Numbered from the stretch's first letter, positions 29,588-38,491 are shown. The stretch: 46,141 nt of DNA from a virus (IMGVR_UViG_3300020181_000002:1-46141); one strand, 5' to 3'. Notes: a model not told the origin generated them from the sequence alone. Numbers and translations are program-made.

Positions 29588-30477
29588 GCCGTCCTCCGGG
29601 CTGATTGGGTCGGAGCGTATCCTGCAGCGCGCAAGGCGCGCGCGTAGGCGTCTACGAAAAATGGCATCGCCTGCGACTTGGCCGCCGCAAGCGCGAGAAA
29701 GAGCTTCGTTCCAAGCCGCTGCTCCACATCGATCGCCATCCACATCCACGACGCCGTTGCGATCTGACCGGACAGCGACTCGCCACCGTTCCACGCGGCC
29801 GGTCGCATCAGCTCTGCGAGGTCGAAGCCGAGCATCCGCACGCGCGCCGCCACGTCGCCGTCTCCGAGGTGCTTGCGGATGTCGCTGCGCCCAAGGTCCA
29901 CCATGCGACCGTGTCCCATGTAGACCTGGACCCGGCCGTACCGACGCGCCGACTCCCAGCTCGACGAGTCGCAGGAGTAAGGCTTGAGGTACTTGAGCCA
30001 ATCCATACTGCTGAACCCGAGCAGGTGACAGCGCCGCCCGCGAAGGTGCTGGTGCAGGTACTTGATGTACGGCCGGCACGGGTTGACCTTACTCACGAGA
30101 CCGCCAATCGCGACCAGGTCGCTGGTCGCGTAGTAGCGCTCCAGCACCTCGAGCCGCTCGCCACGCGTGAACACCGGCACCGGCTTGAACCCGCGCTCCA
30201 ACATCGTCTCGTAGTTGCGCAGGGTCGCATCTCCGTCGCCCACCACGTCGAGCGCGAAGTAGCGCCAGGGCGTAACCGGCAGGTCGCGCAGAAACGCACA
30301 GTAGTCGTCCAGCTTGACGGGCTGACCGCTCTTCCACGCCGTGAACGCACCCGAGTCGAGCAGCCAGTTCACGCCCGACACCGCACCGAAATCGCGGAGG
30401 ATGCGGTAGAGGTGCGGCGAGACGTACGGGTACGCCACGAGCAAGTTCATCGGCGGCGCGGCGCGCTCAGTCGACAA
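29584..30477 (-). CDS. dpdA: DpdA-like DNA (deaza)guanine transglycosylase (TGT superfamily)
   Basis: NLLVAYPYV...NWLLDSGAFTAWKSG..V..DDY..F......YFALDVVGD...TLRNYETMLERGFKPVPVF...IGGL...HLLGFSS follows the phage DpdA pattern. TTG 30477 follows GGGAG. It sits directly upstream of queC-folE-queD-queE. Confidence 0.75.
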   Translation of the reverse strand: MSTERAAPPMNLLVAYPYVSPHLYRILRDFGAVSGVNWLLDSGAFTAWKSGQPVKLDDYCAFLRDLPVTPWRYFALDVVGDGDATLRNYETMLERGFKPVPVFTRGERLEVLERYYATSDLVAIGGLVSKVNPCRPYIKYLHQHLRGRRCHLLGFSSMDWLKYLKPYSCDSSSWESARRYGRVQVYMGHGRMVDLGRSDIRKHLGDGDVAARVRMLGFDLAELMRPAAWNGGESLSGQIATASWMWMAIDVEQRLGTKLFLALAAAKSQAMPFFVDAYARALRAAGYAPTQSARRTA

Positions 30478-31042
30478 GGCGCGCTCCCTGGATGCCGCTC
30501 TCCTTGAGCGCCAGCTCGATGGTCGCGCGCACGTCCGCCTGGTCGAGCTGGCTGCAGCGCACCTTGATGACCGCCTCGAGCCCCGCGTTGTTCGGCTCGG
30601 TCTCGTCCGGCTCGCTCGACGGCTCCCAACCGGTCGCCATGTGCTGCAGCTCCGCCTCGCTGAAGCCGGTCAGAAGCCGGTCGAACCCGAGCTCGTCGAG
30701 CCTCGACATCTCGGCGGCGAGCAGCTCCGTGTCCCAGCCGGCGTTCAGCGCGAGCTTGTTGTCCGCGATGACGTAGGCGCGCCGCTGCGCCTCGCTGAGC
30801 CCCGTGAGCGTGATGGTCGGCACGTCCTGTAGCTCGAGCTTGCGCGCCGCCAGCACGCGGCCGTGGCCGGCGATGATGGTTCCCTCCTCGTCGACGAGCA
30901 CGGGGTTCGTGAAGCCCCACTCGCGAATCGAGGCGGCGATCTGCGCGACCTGCGCGTCCGAGTGCGTGCGCGCGTTCTGCGCGAACGGCACGAGCCGCTC
31001 AAGCGGCTGGTACTGGATGGCGAGCTGCTGACGGTGCTTCAT
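30467..31042 (-). CDS. ParB/Srx-fold (ParB N-terminal nuclease-like) domain protein without a methyltransferase domain
   Basis: LVPFAQNARTHSDAQVAQIAASIREWGFTNPVLVDEEGTIIAGHGRVLAARKLELQDVP... is the ParBc pattern usually seen at the N-terminus of phage DNA methylases. ATGA overlap with the endolysin gene, and an 11-nt overlap with dpdA. Confidence 0.7.
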   Translation of the reverse strand: MKHRQQLAIQYQPLERLVPFAQNARTHSDAQVAQIAASIREWGFTNPVLVDEEGTIIAGHGRVLAARKLELQDVPTITLTGLSEAQRRAYVIADNKLALNAGWDTELLAAEMSRLDELGFDRLLTGFSEAELQHMATGWEPSSEPDETEPNNAGLEAVIKVRCSQLDQADVRATIELALKESGIQGARLVD

Positions 31043-31509
31043 GCGACCTCCGCGATGACCGGCCAGCGTGCCCACGCCACGTCCTTGACCAGCCGAGTTG
31101 CGACGCTGACGCGGTTACGCTGGTTGCCGCCGAGGATGTACAGCTCGCCAGCGCTCGCACCGAGCGAGAAGGCCACGTGCCCCGAGCCGCCCGCGTCCTT
31201 GTCTACCTTGCCGAACCCCACGATCGCGAACTGCCTGGTCGGCAAGGTGGCGATGCCGTAGCTCGCGAACGTGGCGGCCGTCTTCGACCGCGTCGACAGG
31301 ATGCCGCACTGCTCGAGGCAGAAGCAGACGAACGCCGCACACCACGGCACGTCGTCGACGGCGCGCCCGCCGCGCGTTACGGCGTGGTACTGCTCGATGC
31401 GCGTCGTGCTCTTGCCGGCGCGCGTATCCTCGAGTACGCCGACCTCGGCGAGCGCCACGGCGATCCACGGCGGCACTTCGACAGCGGGCGTCTTCAGCAG
31501 CGCCGTCAC
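31039..31509 (-). CDS. Endolysin, TIGR02594-type (CHAP/NlpC-like peptidoglycan hydrolase)
   Basis: PWIAVALAEVGVLE...DDVPWCAAFVCFCLEQCG...GSGHVAF...LGGNQRNRVS matches the TIGR02594 family pattern with a catalytic Cys/His. Confidence 0.75.
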   Translation of the reverse strand: MTALLKTPAVEVPPWIAVALAEVGVLEDTRAGKSTTRIEQYHAVTRGGRAVDDVPWCAAFVCFCLEQCGILSTRSKTAATFASYGIATLPTRQFAIVGFGKVDKDAGGSGHVAFSLGASAGELYILGGNQRNRVSVATRLVKDVAWARWPVIAEVA

Positions 31510-31712
31510 GTGCGCGGTCCGCGTATCCAGCGAGGGAACCTCACGCCGAGCACGCGCGGACGCCCGGCGTCGTCGCGCTGAAAAAGCGGCACGCCGAGCA
31601 CCTGCACGCGCTCGACCTCCTCGTGGTCCTCGTTCAGCTCGACCTTGACCGACTCGGCGATGGCCGCGATGCCGGTCAGGACCGTCACGCCTTTCTTCAC
31701 AGGGCTCGTCAT
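31506..31712 (-). CDS. Hypothetical protein (68 aa) in the lysis block
   Basis: ATGA overlaps on both sides. A weakly hydrophobic N-terminus (GVTVLTGIAAIA). Confidence 0.4.
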   Translation of the reverse strand: MTSPVKKGVTVLTGIAAIAESVKVELNEDHEEVERVQVLGVPLFQRDDAGRPRVLGVRFPRWIRGPRT

Positions 31713-32161
31713 CGGATGGGCGCTTTCTCGCGCGAGGTGTCGCGCGGCAGGGGTGCGGGTCGCGGGATGGTCGGCCGTTCGGGCGCGAGCTCCGAATCGG
31801 GCGGCACGCTCGACACGACGGTCACGGGGATGGGGAGCGGCGCGATGCTCGCGGCAGGCAAGCTCGCGCGCACGCGCGGCAGCGCTGCCTCGATGTCGGC
31901 GGCCTTGACCTCAAGCCGATCGGGCGTCGTCGCGTTCGCGAGCTTCAGAGCCTCCTGCAGCTTGCCGCTTGAGGTCAGCCGATCGCCGGCCTGCACCTGC
32001 GCTTCGATGCGGGACGCCGCATCGAACGCAGCGTCACGCTTCATGCCCTGATCGAGCGCCTCGGTGCGGCGGTTGATGTACTTGATGACGTGCGCGCTGA
32101 CCGCGCCGATGATGCCCACGAGCGCGACCATCGCCGCTCCTTCGACGTCTGCCCAGGTCAC
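31709..32161 (-). CDS. N-terminally membrane-anchored protein (150 aa). Holin or spanin-like candidate.
   Basis: Single TM AAMVALVGIIGAVSAHVI, then a helical region and a Pro-rich tail. Two genes upstream of the endolysin. No lipobox or embedded ORF seen. Confidence 0.35.
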   Translation of the reverse strand: MTWADVEGAAMVALVGIIGAVSAHVIKYINRRTEALDQGMKRDAAFDAASRIEAQVQAGDRLTSSGKLQEALKLANATTPDRLEVKAADIEAALPRVRASLPAASIAPLPIPVTVVSSVPPDSELAPERPTIPRPAPLPRDTSREKAPIR

Positions 32162-32562
32162 GCCGTCTCCTCGGTCGCCGGCTCGCTCGGCGCTGACGGC
32201 TCCTCGTCGGGCAACGGAATCATGATCGGTAGCGCCGCCTCGTTCGGGTCGATCGGCGCACGGTCAGTCGCATCGGCTGCGGCGCATGGGAGCAGGAACG
32301 GGACCAACGTCGTGTAGCCCATATAATAGTTTCGGTCGCGCGCCGCGCATGCCACACGAAGATCGAAGCCGTTCATACTGACGTCATCTCCGACTTTGAT
32401 GTAGCTGCCCTCGCAGACAACGCGCTTGTCTTGCGGCAGCGTTTCGTCGGTCAGCCGGTTGCGCCGATCTTCTGGAGGTAGATCGTCGTCGACGTACGCC
32501 GCGAGATAGTCGGCGGCGAGCTGCGCAATCGTAGCCTCGTCGAGCCCTTGGATTCGTTCCAT
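32158..32562 (-). CDS. Hypothetical protein (134 aa) downstream of the fibre gene, possibly a fibre chaperone
   Basis: ATG 32562 overlaps the fibre stop by 1 nt (TGATG). ATG 32574 is an alternative start. The function guess rests on position only. Confidence 0.4.
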   Translation of the reverse strand: MERIQGLDEATIAQLAADYLAAYVDDDLPPEDRRNRLTDETLPQDKRVVCEGSYIKVGDDVSMNGFDLRVACAARDRNYYMGYTTLVPFLLPCAAADATDRAPIDPNEAALPIMIPLPDEEPSAPSEPATEETA

Positions 32563-35429
32563 CACACACTCCATGCGCGTGCGTGCAGCGGCACGACTGC
32601 CGGCATGCCGCTACGCGTGAACACAGGTCCATTGCCGCCGTCGAGCGGCGCAATACTGTCCGGCGCCGGGTCGTTCGCGATAACGTAGCGATGCATCGGC
32701 TTTCCGGGCATCGCCGCGACCGTCTCGAGCGCGAGACAGGCGTCGTGCCAAGCCTGGTACTCGGGCAAAGTTGTCGCCGCATCGCCAAAGATCCAGCCGA
32801 TGACCGTCGCACCGCGCAGCCACAAGTTCTGTCCTTTGGACGGATGAAAGCCGACCATCATCGGCGCCGTTGCATCGGTCACGAGTGCTGAGACGAGTGC
32901 TCCGCTCGCCGGCATCATGCGGCGGATGTAGAGGGTCAAGCGAGTTCCATCGAACGACCCCATGACGGCGAAATACTTTCCGATGTCCGCTGCGGCGAAA
33001 AGGTAGGTCGTCGTGACGACGTCGCCCGTTGGTCCGCGCATGTAGACGTACAGGACGCCGCTCAGAAAACGAACCTGAATGCCGGTCGGTCCGCCTTGCG
33101 AACCTGCGACGAGCACAACTCCGTTGATGGCGCCGCCCGTCGCCTCGCACCGAAACACGGCGCCGACGGTGAAGGGCACGCCGCCGCCACCGATGAGACT
33201 TGCGGGCGCGACGTATCCGGCGGCGTCAGAGAAGCCGGATAGGCCGCGCATGATCGGCGCCGTCTCGCAGCCCCACCCGCGCTCGGTGCGCTGCGCGAGC
33301 ACGAGCGGAGCGCCGACGCGCACGAGATCATCACCCGACCCCATGCGGTCAACGCTTCGGCCTGGCAGCACGCCGCCGAGGTCGGCCGCATCCTGTACGA
33401 AGTCGTGTAGGCGGTCGGTGCGGCCTGCGATGCCGACGAACCGCTTGCTTGCGAGCGACGCAGCTGCAGCAGTCGCGATCTCCGCCGCTGTCGGTACCGC
33501 GTGCCCGCCGCCGACGCCGAAGTACGTCACGCCGCTGGCAAAGTACGTCGCGCCGTTCGCGACACCGACGTAAAACGGTCCCGTGTGCGGCACGTAGCCG
33601 GTGAGCGCGACCGACCCGACGGCCGCGCCGTCGACATAGAGTGTGAGCGTCGCGCCGTCATACACGAGGCGCACGTCATAGACGCGGCCGACCGTCGCGC
33701 CGGCACCACCACCGACGCCCGGCGAGACCGAGGTCAAGGCCGTGCCGTTGGTCGCGCGGGCCTGAAAGATGCCGCCGCTGGCATTCGACAACATCAAGTC
33801 GAATCCGGCTGTATTCAGATTTGTTCGGCCGAACAGGCTGCGCGGAAGGTTAAAGAACTCGTCGTGACGCAGGAGGCCGCCGCACCAGAAGCCGGTCGCG
33901 ACGCCGCCGATGCCACCACCGGTCGCAGTCTGATAGACCGCCGCGGAGCTGAGCCCTGTCACGCCGCCGTCTGCAGACAGCGCGACTCCCATGCGCGTCA
34001 GGTGGTCGGTGCCGACGCGATCCAGAACGGTCGCCGTGACAGCGCCCGCAGTAAAGTCTTGCGAGAAGTCGTAGCGAACCGTGGTCTTGTCCGGAATCTC
34101 TGGCACACCGCCGAGGCGGTAATGGTCAGCAAACCACTTTGCTACCTCGGCATCCGTCGGCAGGTGACCGTCGCCGCCGACGAAGCCAAAGAGGCTGGCT
34201 CCATCGGACGCGAAGCCATCGGCGCGCTTGCCGAGCATCATCGCCTGCGTACCGGCTGCGGGCGTGCCGTAGACGCTTCCTCCCGCCGTTCCTCCCGCGA
34301 TCAGAATGCCACGAACAAAAAGCGCGAAGGTCCTCGCTGCGCCGTCGTAACGCACGAGCACAGGCACGATCTGGCTGACGTCCGAGGCTGCGATCGTGTA
34401 AGCGGCGGAAGTCGCGCCATTCGCCGAGGTGGCGAACAAGGTGCTGTGCGTCGTCGTCGTGCGGAGATCCCAGTGCGTCCCCATGCTGGCGATCAGGCGA
34501 TACGCGGCCCCGAGTCCCGTCTGCTGATCGATGCGCAACGGCATCGCGTACCAGAAAGCGTCCGGGTGCCCGCGCAAGCCCTTGCCGGGCTCCGTCTGCA
34601 GGAAGTTCGCCGCAGAAAACCCCATCGCGCCCAGCGCTCGCCGCCCATCGCGCGACGTGTCGATCGCGACCACAGTCGGCGAGCCTACGCGCGCCATGGC
34701 ATCGACATCCGCGCCCGTGACGACGTCGGGAATGGACGCGGGCGCAGTGCTGCCGGCCGCTGCCTTGAGCAGCGCGCGGTCGGGCCATTGGTGCACGAGC
34801 GTTGCCGCGCCGATGGTCTTCGGCAGCACGCCGTCTCGCGCCGCCTCGCAGATGGCGCGCACGTCCGCGTCGGTCAGCACCCCGCGATAAGTCGCGTGCA
34901 AGACGATGGCGCAGTCGATGGCCGGGGCGATGCCGCCGAGCGCGCCGAGGTGATGCGCCACGCCGGCTGGGGTAAATCCCGTGATGGCCGTTGACGCAGG
35001 CGTCACGTCGCGGTTGACGGTGAGCCGGACAAACGACCCGTCGTGCCGTCCGACGACGCAGAGGAGCTTTCCCACATCGGACGGCTGCAGCACGTACTGC
35101 CCCGTCTGCACGAGCGTCGTATTCGCACCGTTGCGTGCGCCGAAGAAGAGGCCGTTGCTCGTCGAGATGTAGAGGCCGTGGCCCACGTCCCCGGTGTTCG
35201 AGCGCCCTGCCAAGTAGCGTGTGGCGCCGGTCGAGAGCCGGTTGACCTGTACGACAGCCACGTCTGCGAATCCGCCCGCGTCGCCTGACTCGCCGCCCCC
35301 GACCTGCGTCGCGAAGTAGTTCGCCGCGCCGAGGTTCGTGAGCGCGTAGATCGGCTCGAGCGTCAGGTCGGCGCCTGCCGCGAGGTCGCGCGCGAGCTGC
35401 GCGGCGAGCTTGCGTGCGAGCTTGGCCAT
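32562..35429 (-). CDS. Large tail fibre / receptor-binding protein with four LamG (concanavalin-like) jelly-roll repeats
   Basis: 955 aa. A recurring motif ends each roughly 200-aa unit: LLCVVGRHDGSFVRLTVNRD, VPVLVRYDGAARTFALFVRG, VYDVRLVYDGATLTLYVDGA, YFAVMGSFDGTRLTLYIRRM. Position is after the baseplate genes. Confidence 0.7.
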   Translation of the reverse strand: MAKLARKLAAQLARDLAAGADLTLEPIYALTNLGAANYFATQVGGGESGDAGGFADVAVVQVNRLSTGATRYLAGRSNTGDVGHGLYISTSNGLFFGARNGANTTLVQTGQYVLQPSDVGKLLCVVGRHDGSFVRLTVNRDVTPASTAITGFTPAGVAHHLGALGGIAPAIDCAIVLHATYRGVLTDADVRAICEAARDGVLPKTIGAATLVHQWPDRALLKAAAGSTAPASIPDVVTGADVDAMARVGSPTVVAIDTSRDGRRALGAMGFSAANFLQTEPGKGLRGHPDAFWYAMPLRIDQQTGLGAAYRLIASMGTHWDLRTTTTHSTLFATSANGATSAAYTIAASDVSQIVPVLVRYDGAARTFALFVRGILIAGGTAGGSVYGTPAAGTQAMMLGKRADGFASDGASLFGFVGGDGHLPTDAEVAKWFADHYRLGGVPEIPDKTTVRYDFSQDFTAGAVTATVLDRVGTDHLTRMGVALSADGGVTGLSSAAVYQTATGGGIGGVATGFWCGGLLRHDEFFNLPRSLFGRTNLNTAGFDLMLSNASGGIFQARATNGTALTSVSPGVGGGAGATVGRVYDVRLVYDGATLTLYVDGAAVGSVALTGYVPHTGPFYVGVANGATYFASGVTYFGVGGGHAVPTAAEIATAAAASLASKRFVGIAGRTDRLHDFVQDAADLGGVLPGRSVDRMGSGDDLVRVGAPLVLAQRTERGWGCETAPIMRGLSGFSDAAGYVAPASLIGGGGVPFTVGAVFRCEATGGAINGVVLVAGSQGGPTGIQVRFLSGVLYVYMRGPTGDVVTTTYLFAAADIGKYFAVMGSFDGTRLTLYIRRMMPASGALVSALVTDATAPMMVGFHPSKGQNLWLRGATVIGWIFGDAATTLPEYQAWHDACLALETVAAMPGKPMHRYVIANDPAPDSIAPLDGGNGPVFTRSGMPAVVPLHARAWSV

Positions 35430-35430
35430 C

Positions 35431-35805
35431 TCAGACCGTCACGCAGACGCGCGCGCGCGACGCAGCGCCGCCGCCCGTTCGCACGTAGAGCAGCTTGAAG
35501 CTCGTGCCCGGAACGTCTTCGAGGACAGCGTAGGCGCTGACCAGTGCGTTCCCGTTTGGCGCAATCTTCTTCAGCTCCTCATCCGCGCTCGTCACGCGCG
35601 ACCACAGCGCGCCCTCCGGGTCGCTCGTGCACCAGAGCTGCCACGAGCCTGCCGGCGTGTCGGTCGGCGCGAGGCCCGCGCCGTTGTCAATGTTCATCTG
35701 GATGTCGAGCCGGCCGTCTGGACCGAGCGACGTGGCCTTGACCGCGTCGAGCGTCGTCGACGCGCCGAGCGTGGTCGTGAACTTCGTGTTTCGTCTGCTC
35801 GCCAT
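35431..35805 (-). CDS. Hypothetical structural protein (124 aa) between baseplate and fibre genes
   Basis: Beta-rich sequence (FKLLYVRTGGG..RVCVTV). Structural role assigned by position only. Confidence 0.45.
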   Translation of the reverse strand: MASRRNTKFTTTLGASTTLDAVKATSLGPDGRLDIQMNIDNGAGLAPTDTPAGSWQLWCTSDPEGALWSRVTSADEELKKIAPNGNALVSAYAVLEDVPGTSFKLLYVRTGGGAASRARVCVTV

Positions 35806-35820
35806 GATGCTCTCCCCGAA

Positions 35821-37047
35821 TCAGAGCGCCTGCACCGGGCGCACGCGCACGAGCGTGTGGGCGCGCCGCAAGCTCGTGTCGACTACGCGCTGAAAGGCTG
35901 CCACTGCGTCAGGCGGCGGCTCGCGCACGTCGTTCACGCCGCCCGCGAACGGCGTGTCAGCGCTGAAGACAGGCTCATCGTTTTCGTTGAATGTCAGCGC
36001 GCTGCCGCGCGCGCGATACCCCGAGTAGCCGTTCGGGATCGCGTTGGACTCGACAGTGGCATCCCATGGGAGGTTGCCAGCAGCGCCGGTCTGCTTCGCG
36101 CGCAGCTCGACCACGGGCGCTGCATCTCCATAGCGATGGACGACTGCGACAGGGTCGAAGTGGACGGGGCCAGGAACTGCGAACGCAGCGGCGAGAATGG
36201 TCGCGTCGTCGATGCCGGTCCATGGCCCCGCGCCCCAGCCGACGACGTAGCCATGCGCCTTCGAGCCAGTGCCTGGGACCACGACGTCGCCTGTCAACGA
36301 CCCAACGTAGACCTCGAACGTGTGCAGCCAGCTGTCGTCTCGCACCGCGCTGCCTGCCGCGCTGCGCCCGGCCTCGAACGGGACATAGGAGTCTATGCGC
36401 GTGATGACGAGACCCAGCGAGGCTGCAGCAGCGTCGTACGCAGCGCGCGTCGCGTCCGTCTGCCCGAGCAGGTTCGCAACGATGCGCGCGCGCGCACCCT
36501 CCTCCGTGTCTGCCGGGTCAATGCCGAGTGCGTCGCGCCATGCATCGAGGTCCCTGAGCACTGACGCGCCAAGCTCTCGTGCGAGCGTCTCGACGCGCTG
36601 CAGCTCGTCTGCGATGCCATCTACGATGCTGCCGAGCGTGGTTCCTGGCTGCTCCTCAGTCGCTGTGTCCACGTACAGCCCCGGCGATGCGACGAAGCAG
36701 ACGCCTCCGTTGGCCACCTCAACGCCGTTTGCGAACTCGACTGGCTGGTCTCCCGGAGCAAGCAGCTCTGTCCACGTGGCCACGGCCGGGTCGAAGCTCA
36801 AGACGCCGACGTTCGTCTGCCACGGCTGGATGATCTGCGGCTCACCGGACGTGACCATCGCTCGGCGCTCTGGCCCCAGGTACACCATCACGCCCGGCGG
36901 GAAGGCCGCGATCGGGTCCAACGTGTCCGCGTGCGGCACGAGGAGCGTGGCACTGGCATAGATGTGCGAGGTCGACCGGCCGCCACGCGACGCGAATACC
37001 CTGCCGGGTGGCAAGAGCGACCGCGCCACATCGCCAAGCGACCTCAC
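35821..37047 (-). CDS. Baseplate protein, Mu gp48 / P2 gpI (DUF2313)-like with extra domains
   Basis: The N-terminus SLLPPGRVFA and later ELQRVETLARELG...LDAWRDALGIDPADTEEGARARIVANLLG match DUF2313 segments. They are separated by about 110 extra residues, and the C-terminal region is long. Confidence 0.6.
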   Translation of the reverse strand: MRSLGDVARSLLPPGRVFASRGGRSTSHIYASATLLVPHADTLDPIAAFPPGVMVYLGPERRAMVTSGEPQIIQPWQTNVGVLSFDPAVATWTELLAPGDQPVEFANGVEVANGGVCFVASPGLYVDTATEEQPGTTLGSIVDGIADELQRVETLARELGASVLRDLDAWRDALGIDPADTEEGARARIVANLLGQTDATRAAYDAAAASLGLVITRIDSYVPFEAGRSAAGSAVRDDSWLHTFEVYVGSLTGDVVVPGTGSKAHGYVVGWGAGPWTGIDDATILAAAFAVPGPVHFDPVAVVHRYGDAAPVVELRAKQTGAAGNLPWDATVESNAIPNGYSGYRARGSALTFNENDEPVFSADTPFAGGVNDVREPPPDAVAAFQRVVDTSLRRAHTLVRVRPVQAL

Positions 37048-38096
37048 GGGACCCCCACGACCGTCACCGTGCCGAGCGTCAGCAGCTCGAGCGGTCCGGG
37101 CGAAAGCGAGGACACGAGCGTTACCTCATGGGCGGTCTCGCTTGGCGCGAGGCTGATGGCCTCGTCGAGCACGCTGCGCGACACGGCAACGCCCGGCGCC
37201 GTCTCGCCGAACAGCTGCGTCAGCGCTGCCACGACCTCGTCGCGCGTTGCTGTCGTCGCCGGAGCAAGGGTCATCGTCAGGTTGACCGGGCGCGCAATGG
37301 GCGCGCGCACGTACACCGCACGCACGTCGAGCGGCCGGCGCGCATCGATGTGCTGCTGGACCGCTGTCACAAGCGCTGGGCTCGGGATGCGCCCTGCACC
37401 CGAGGTCGTGATGGCGACCGTCACGGTGCCGACGCCCGCCCGGTGTCCGTACTCCCATGCCTCGGCGACGCCCGGCACTTCGAGCGCCCATGCGCGGTAA
37501 TCGCCCGGCCCACCGTTGCGCGGCGGCTGGCGCAGGGCGCCCACCACGCGCGCCCGGTACGCCTCGAGGTCTTCGAGTCCTGCACCGCCTACGAGCGCCG
37601 TCGAGACCGTGCCACGGGGCGCAAGGCCAGCGACCGGCGAGACGACCGTCACCAGCTCGTTCACGCCCACGTTGCCAGCATCGCCAGGCGCCACGGCCTC
37701 GACCGGCACGGTGCCCGTCTCGCCGGCGATGGGCGTTGCCGTCGGCACGTAGAGCAGCACGCCCTGGTCGCTGCGCCAGCGCGTGCCAGCCGGCACGACG
37801 GTCCCAGGCACGGCCGACGCCGTCACCTCGCCGGCTGCCGCGCGCGTGCCGCCGATGCGCGCGACCCCGAGCATCTCGCCCCAGCGCACGAGCGCTTCTT
37901 CATCTGCCGTCGCCGGCAGCTGCTGCTTCTCGGCCCACTCGATGGCGCCGTAGAGCCCGTGCGCCACGCCCGCCACGACCGGACCGAGCACGCGCTCGAC
38001 CGTGCGCCGCAGGTACGCCTTGCCGTCCGTGCGGCCGGCGAGGTCTCCGATGACGCGCGTGCGCAGCTCGCCGAGCGTCGGCCTCGAAAGTGGCAT
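37044..38096 (-). CDS. Baseplate J-like protein (Mu gp47 / P2 gpJ)
   Basis: 350 aa. L.EL..RV..DL......A.LRR...RVL....AG...GLYG.IEW...Q..P.TA....L..WG...GV and GG...E..E.YR.R match the Baseplate_J pattern. Confidence 0.8.
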   Translation of the reverse strand: MPLSRPTLGELRTRVIGDLAGRTDGKAYLRRTVERVLGPVVAGVAHGLYGAIEWAEKQQLPATADEEALVRWGEMLGVARIGGTRAAAGEVTASAVPGTVVPAGTRWRSDQGVLLYVPTATPIAGETGTVPVEAVAPGDAGNVGVNELVTVVSPVAGLAPRGTVSTALVGGAGLEDLEAYRARVVGALRQPPRNGGPGDYRAWALEVPGVAEAWEYGHRAGVGTVTVAITTSGAGRIPSPALVTAVQQHIDARRPLDVRAVYVRAPIARPVNLTMTLAPATTATRDEVVAALTQLFGETAPGVAVSRSVLDEAISLAPSETAHEVTLVSSLSPGPLELLTLGTVTVVGVP

Positions 38097-38491
38097 CAGT
38101 TCACCGGCAGGCCGCGCGCGAGCTCCGAACCGTCGACGCGGACAGAGAGCAGGATGCGCGCGCCGTCCACCTCGGCCGCGGCCTTGATGGTGCTCGCGCG
38201 CTTGTCGCGCTTCAGGTACGAGAGCGCCGCCTCGGCGTAGCGCTCCGCGCGCCGCGCGTTCTCGTCGGTTGCCGCCGCGTGCTCGAGCAGCCAGAGCAGC
38301 GAGCCGAGCGGCTCACCCTCTAGCGCATCGTCCCACCAGCCCCGATTGTCCACGCCCTCCGGCAGCTCGCGCTCGTCGGCACGTGCGTCGCTCAGGAGCG
38401 CAATGAGGATCTCCGTCACGAGGTCCGCATCGTCGGAGTCCTCGGCAACGTCAGCCTCGAGAACGTCAGGCTCGTAGCGCAGGGCCAGCAC
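38096..38491 (-). CDS. Baseplate protein, Mu gp46-like
   Basis: 131 aa. ...TEILIALLSDARA...RGWWDD...GSLLWLL... is the Phage GP46 family pattern. GTG start 38491. Confidence 0.75.
   Translation of the reverse strand: MLALRYEPDVLEADVAEDSDDADLVTEILIALLSDARADERELPEGVDNRGWWDDALEGEPLGSLLWLLEHAAATDENARRAERYAEAALSYLKRDKRASTIKAAAEVDGARILLSVRVDGSELARGLPVN

Noticed and set aside
30467-31042. ParB-fold gene considered as the ParB partner of parA.
   Set aside because: It lies about 8 kb from parA, inside the lysis and modification operon, and it lacks a ParB-type HTH and C-terminal dimerisation region. parA already has a coupled RHH partner immediately downstream.
31506-32161. Rz/Rz1-type spanin pair (an embedded or following lipoprotein gene) in the lysis block.
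   Set aside because: No ORF with a lipobox (L-[AS]-[GA]-C) is found in any frame of this region. Only a single-TM protein and a 68-aa soluble-looking protein are present.
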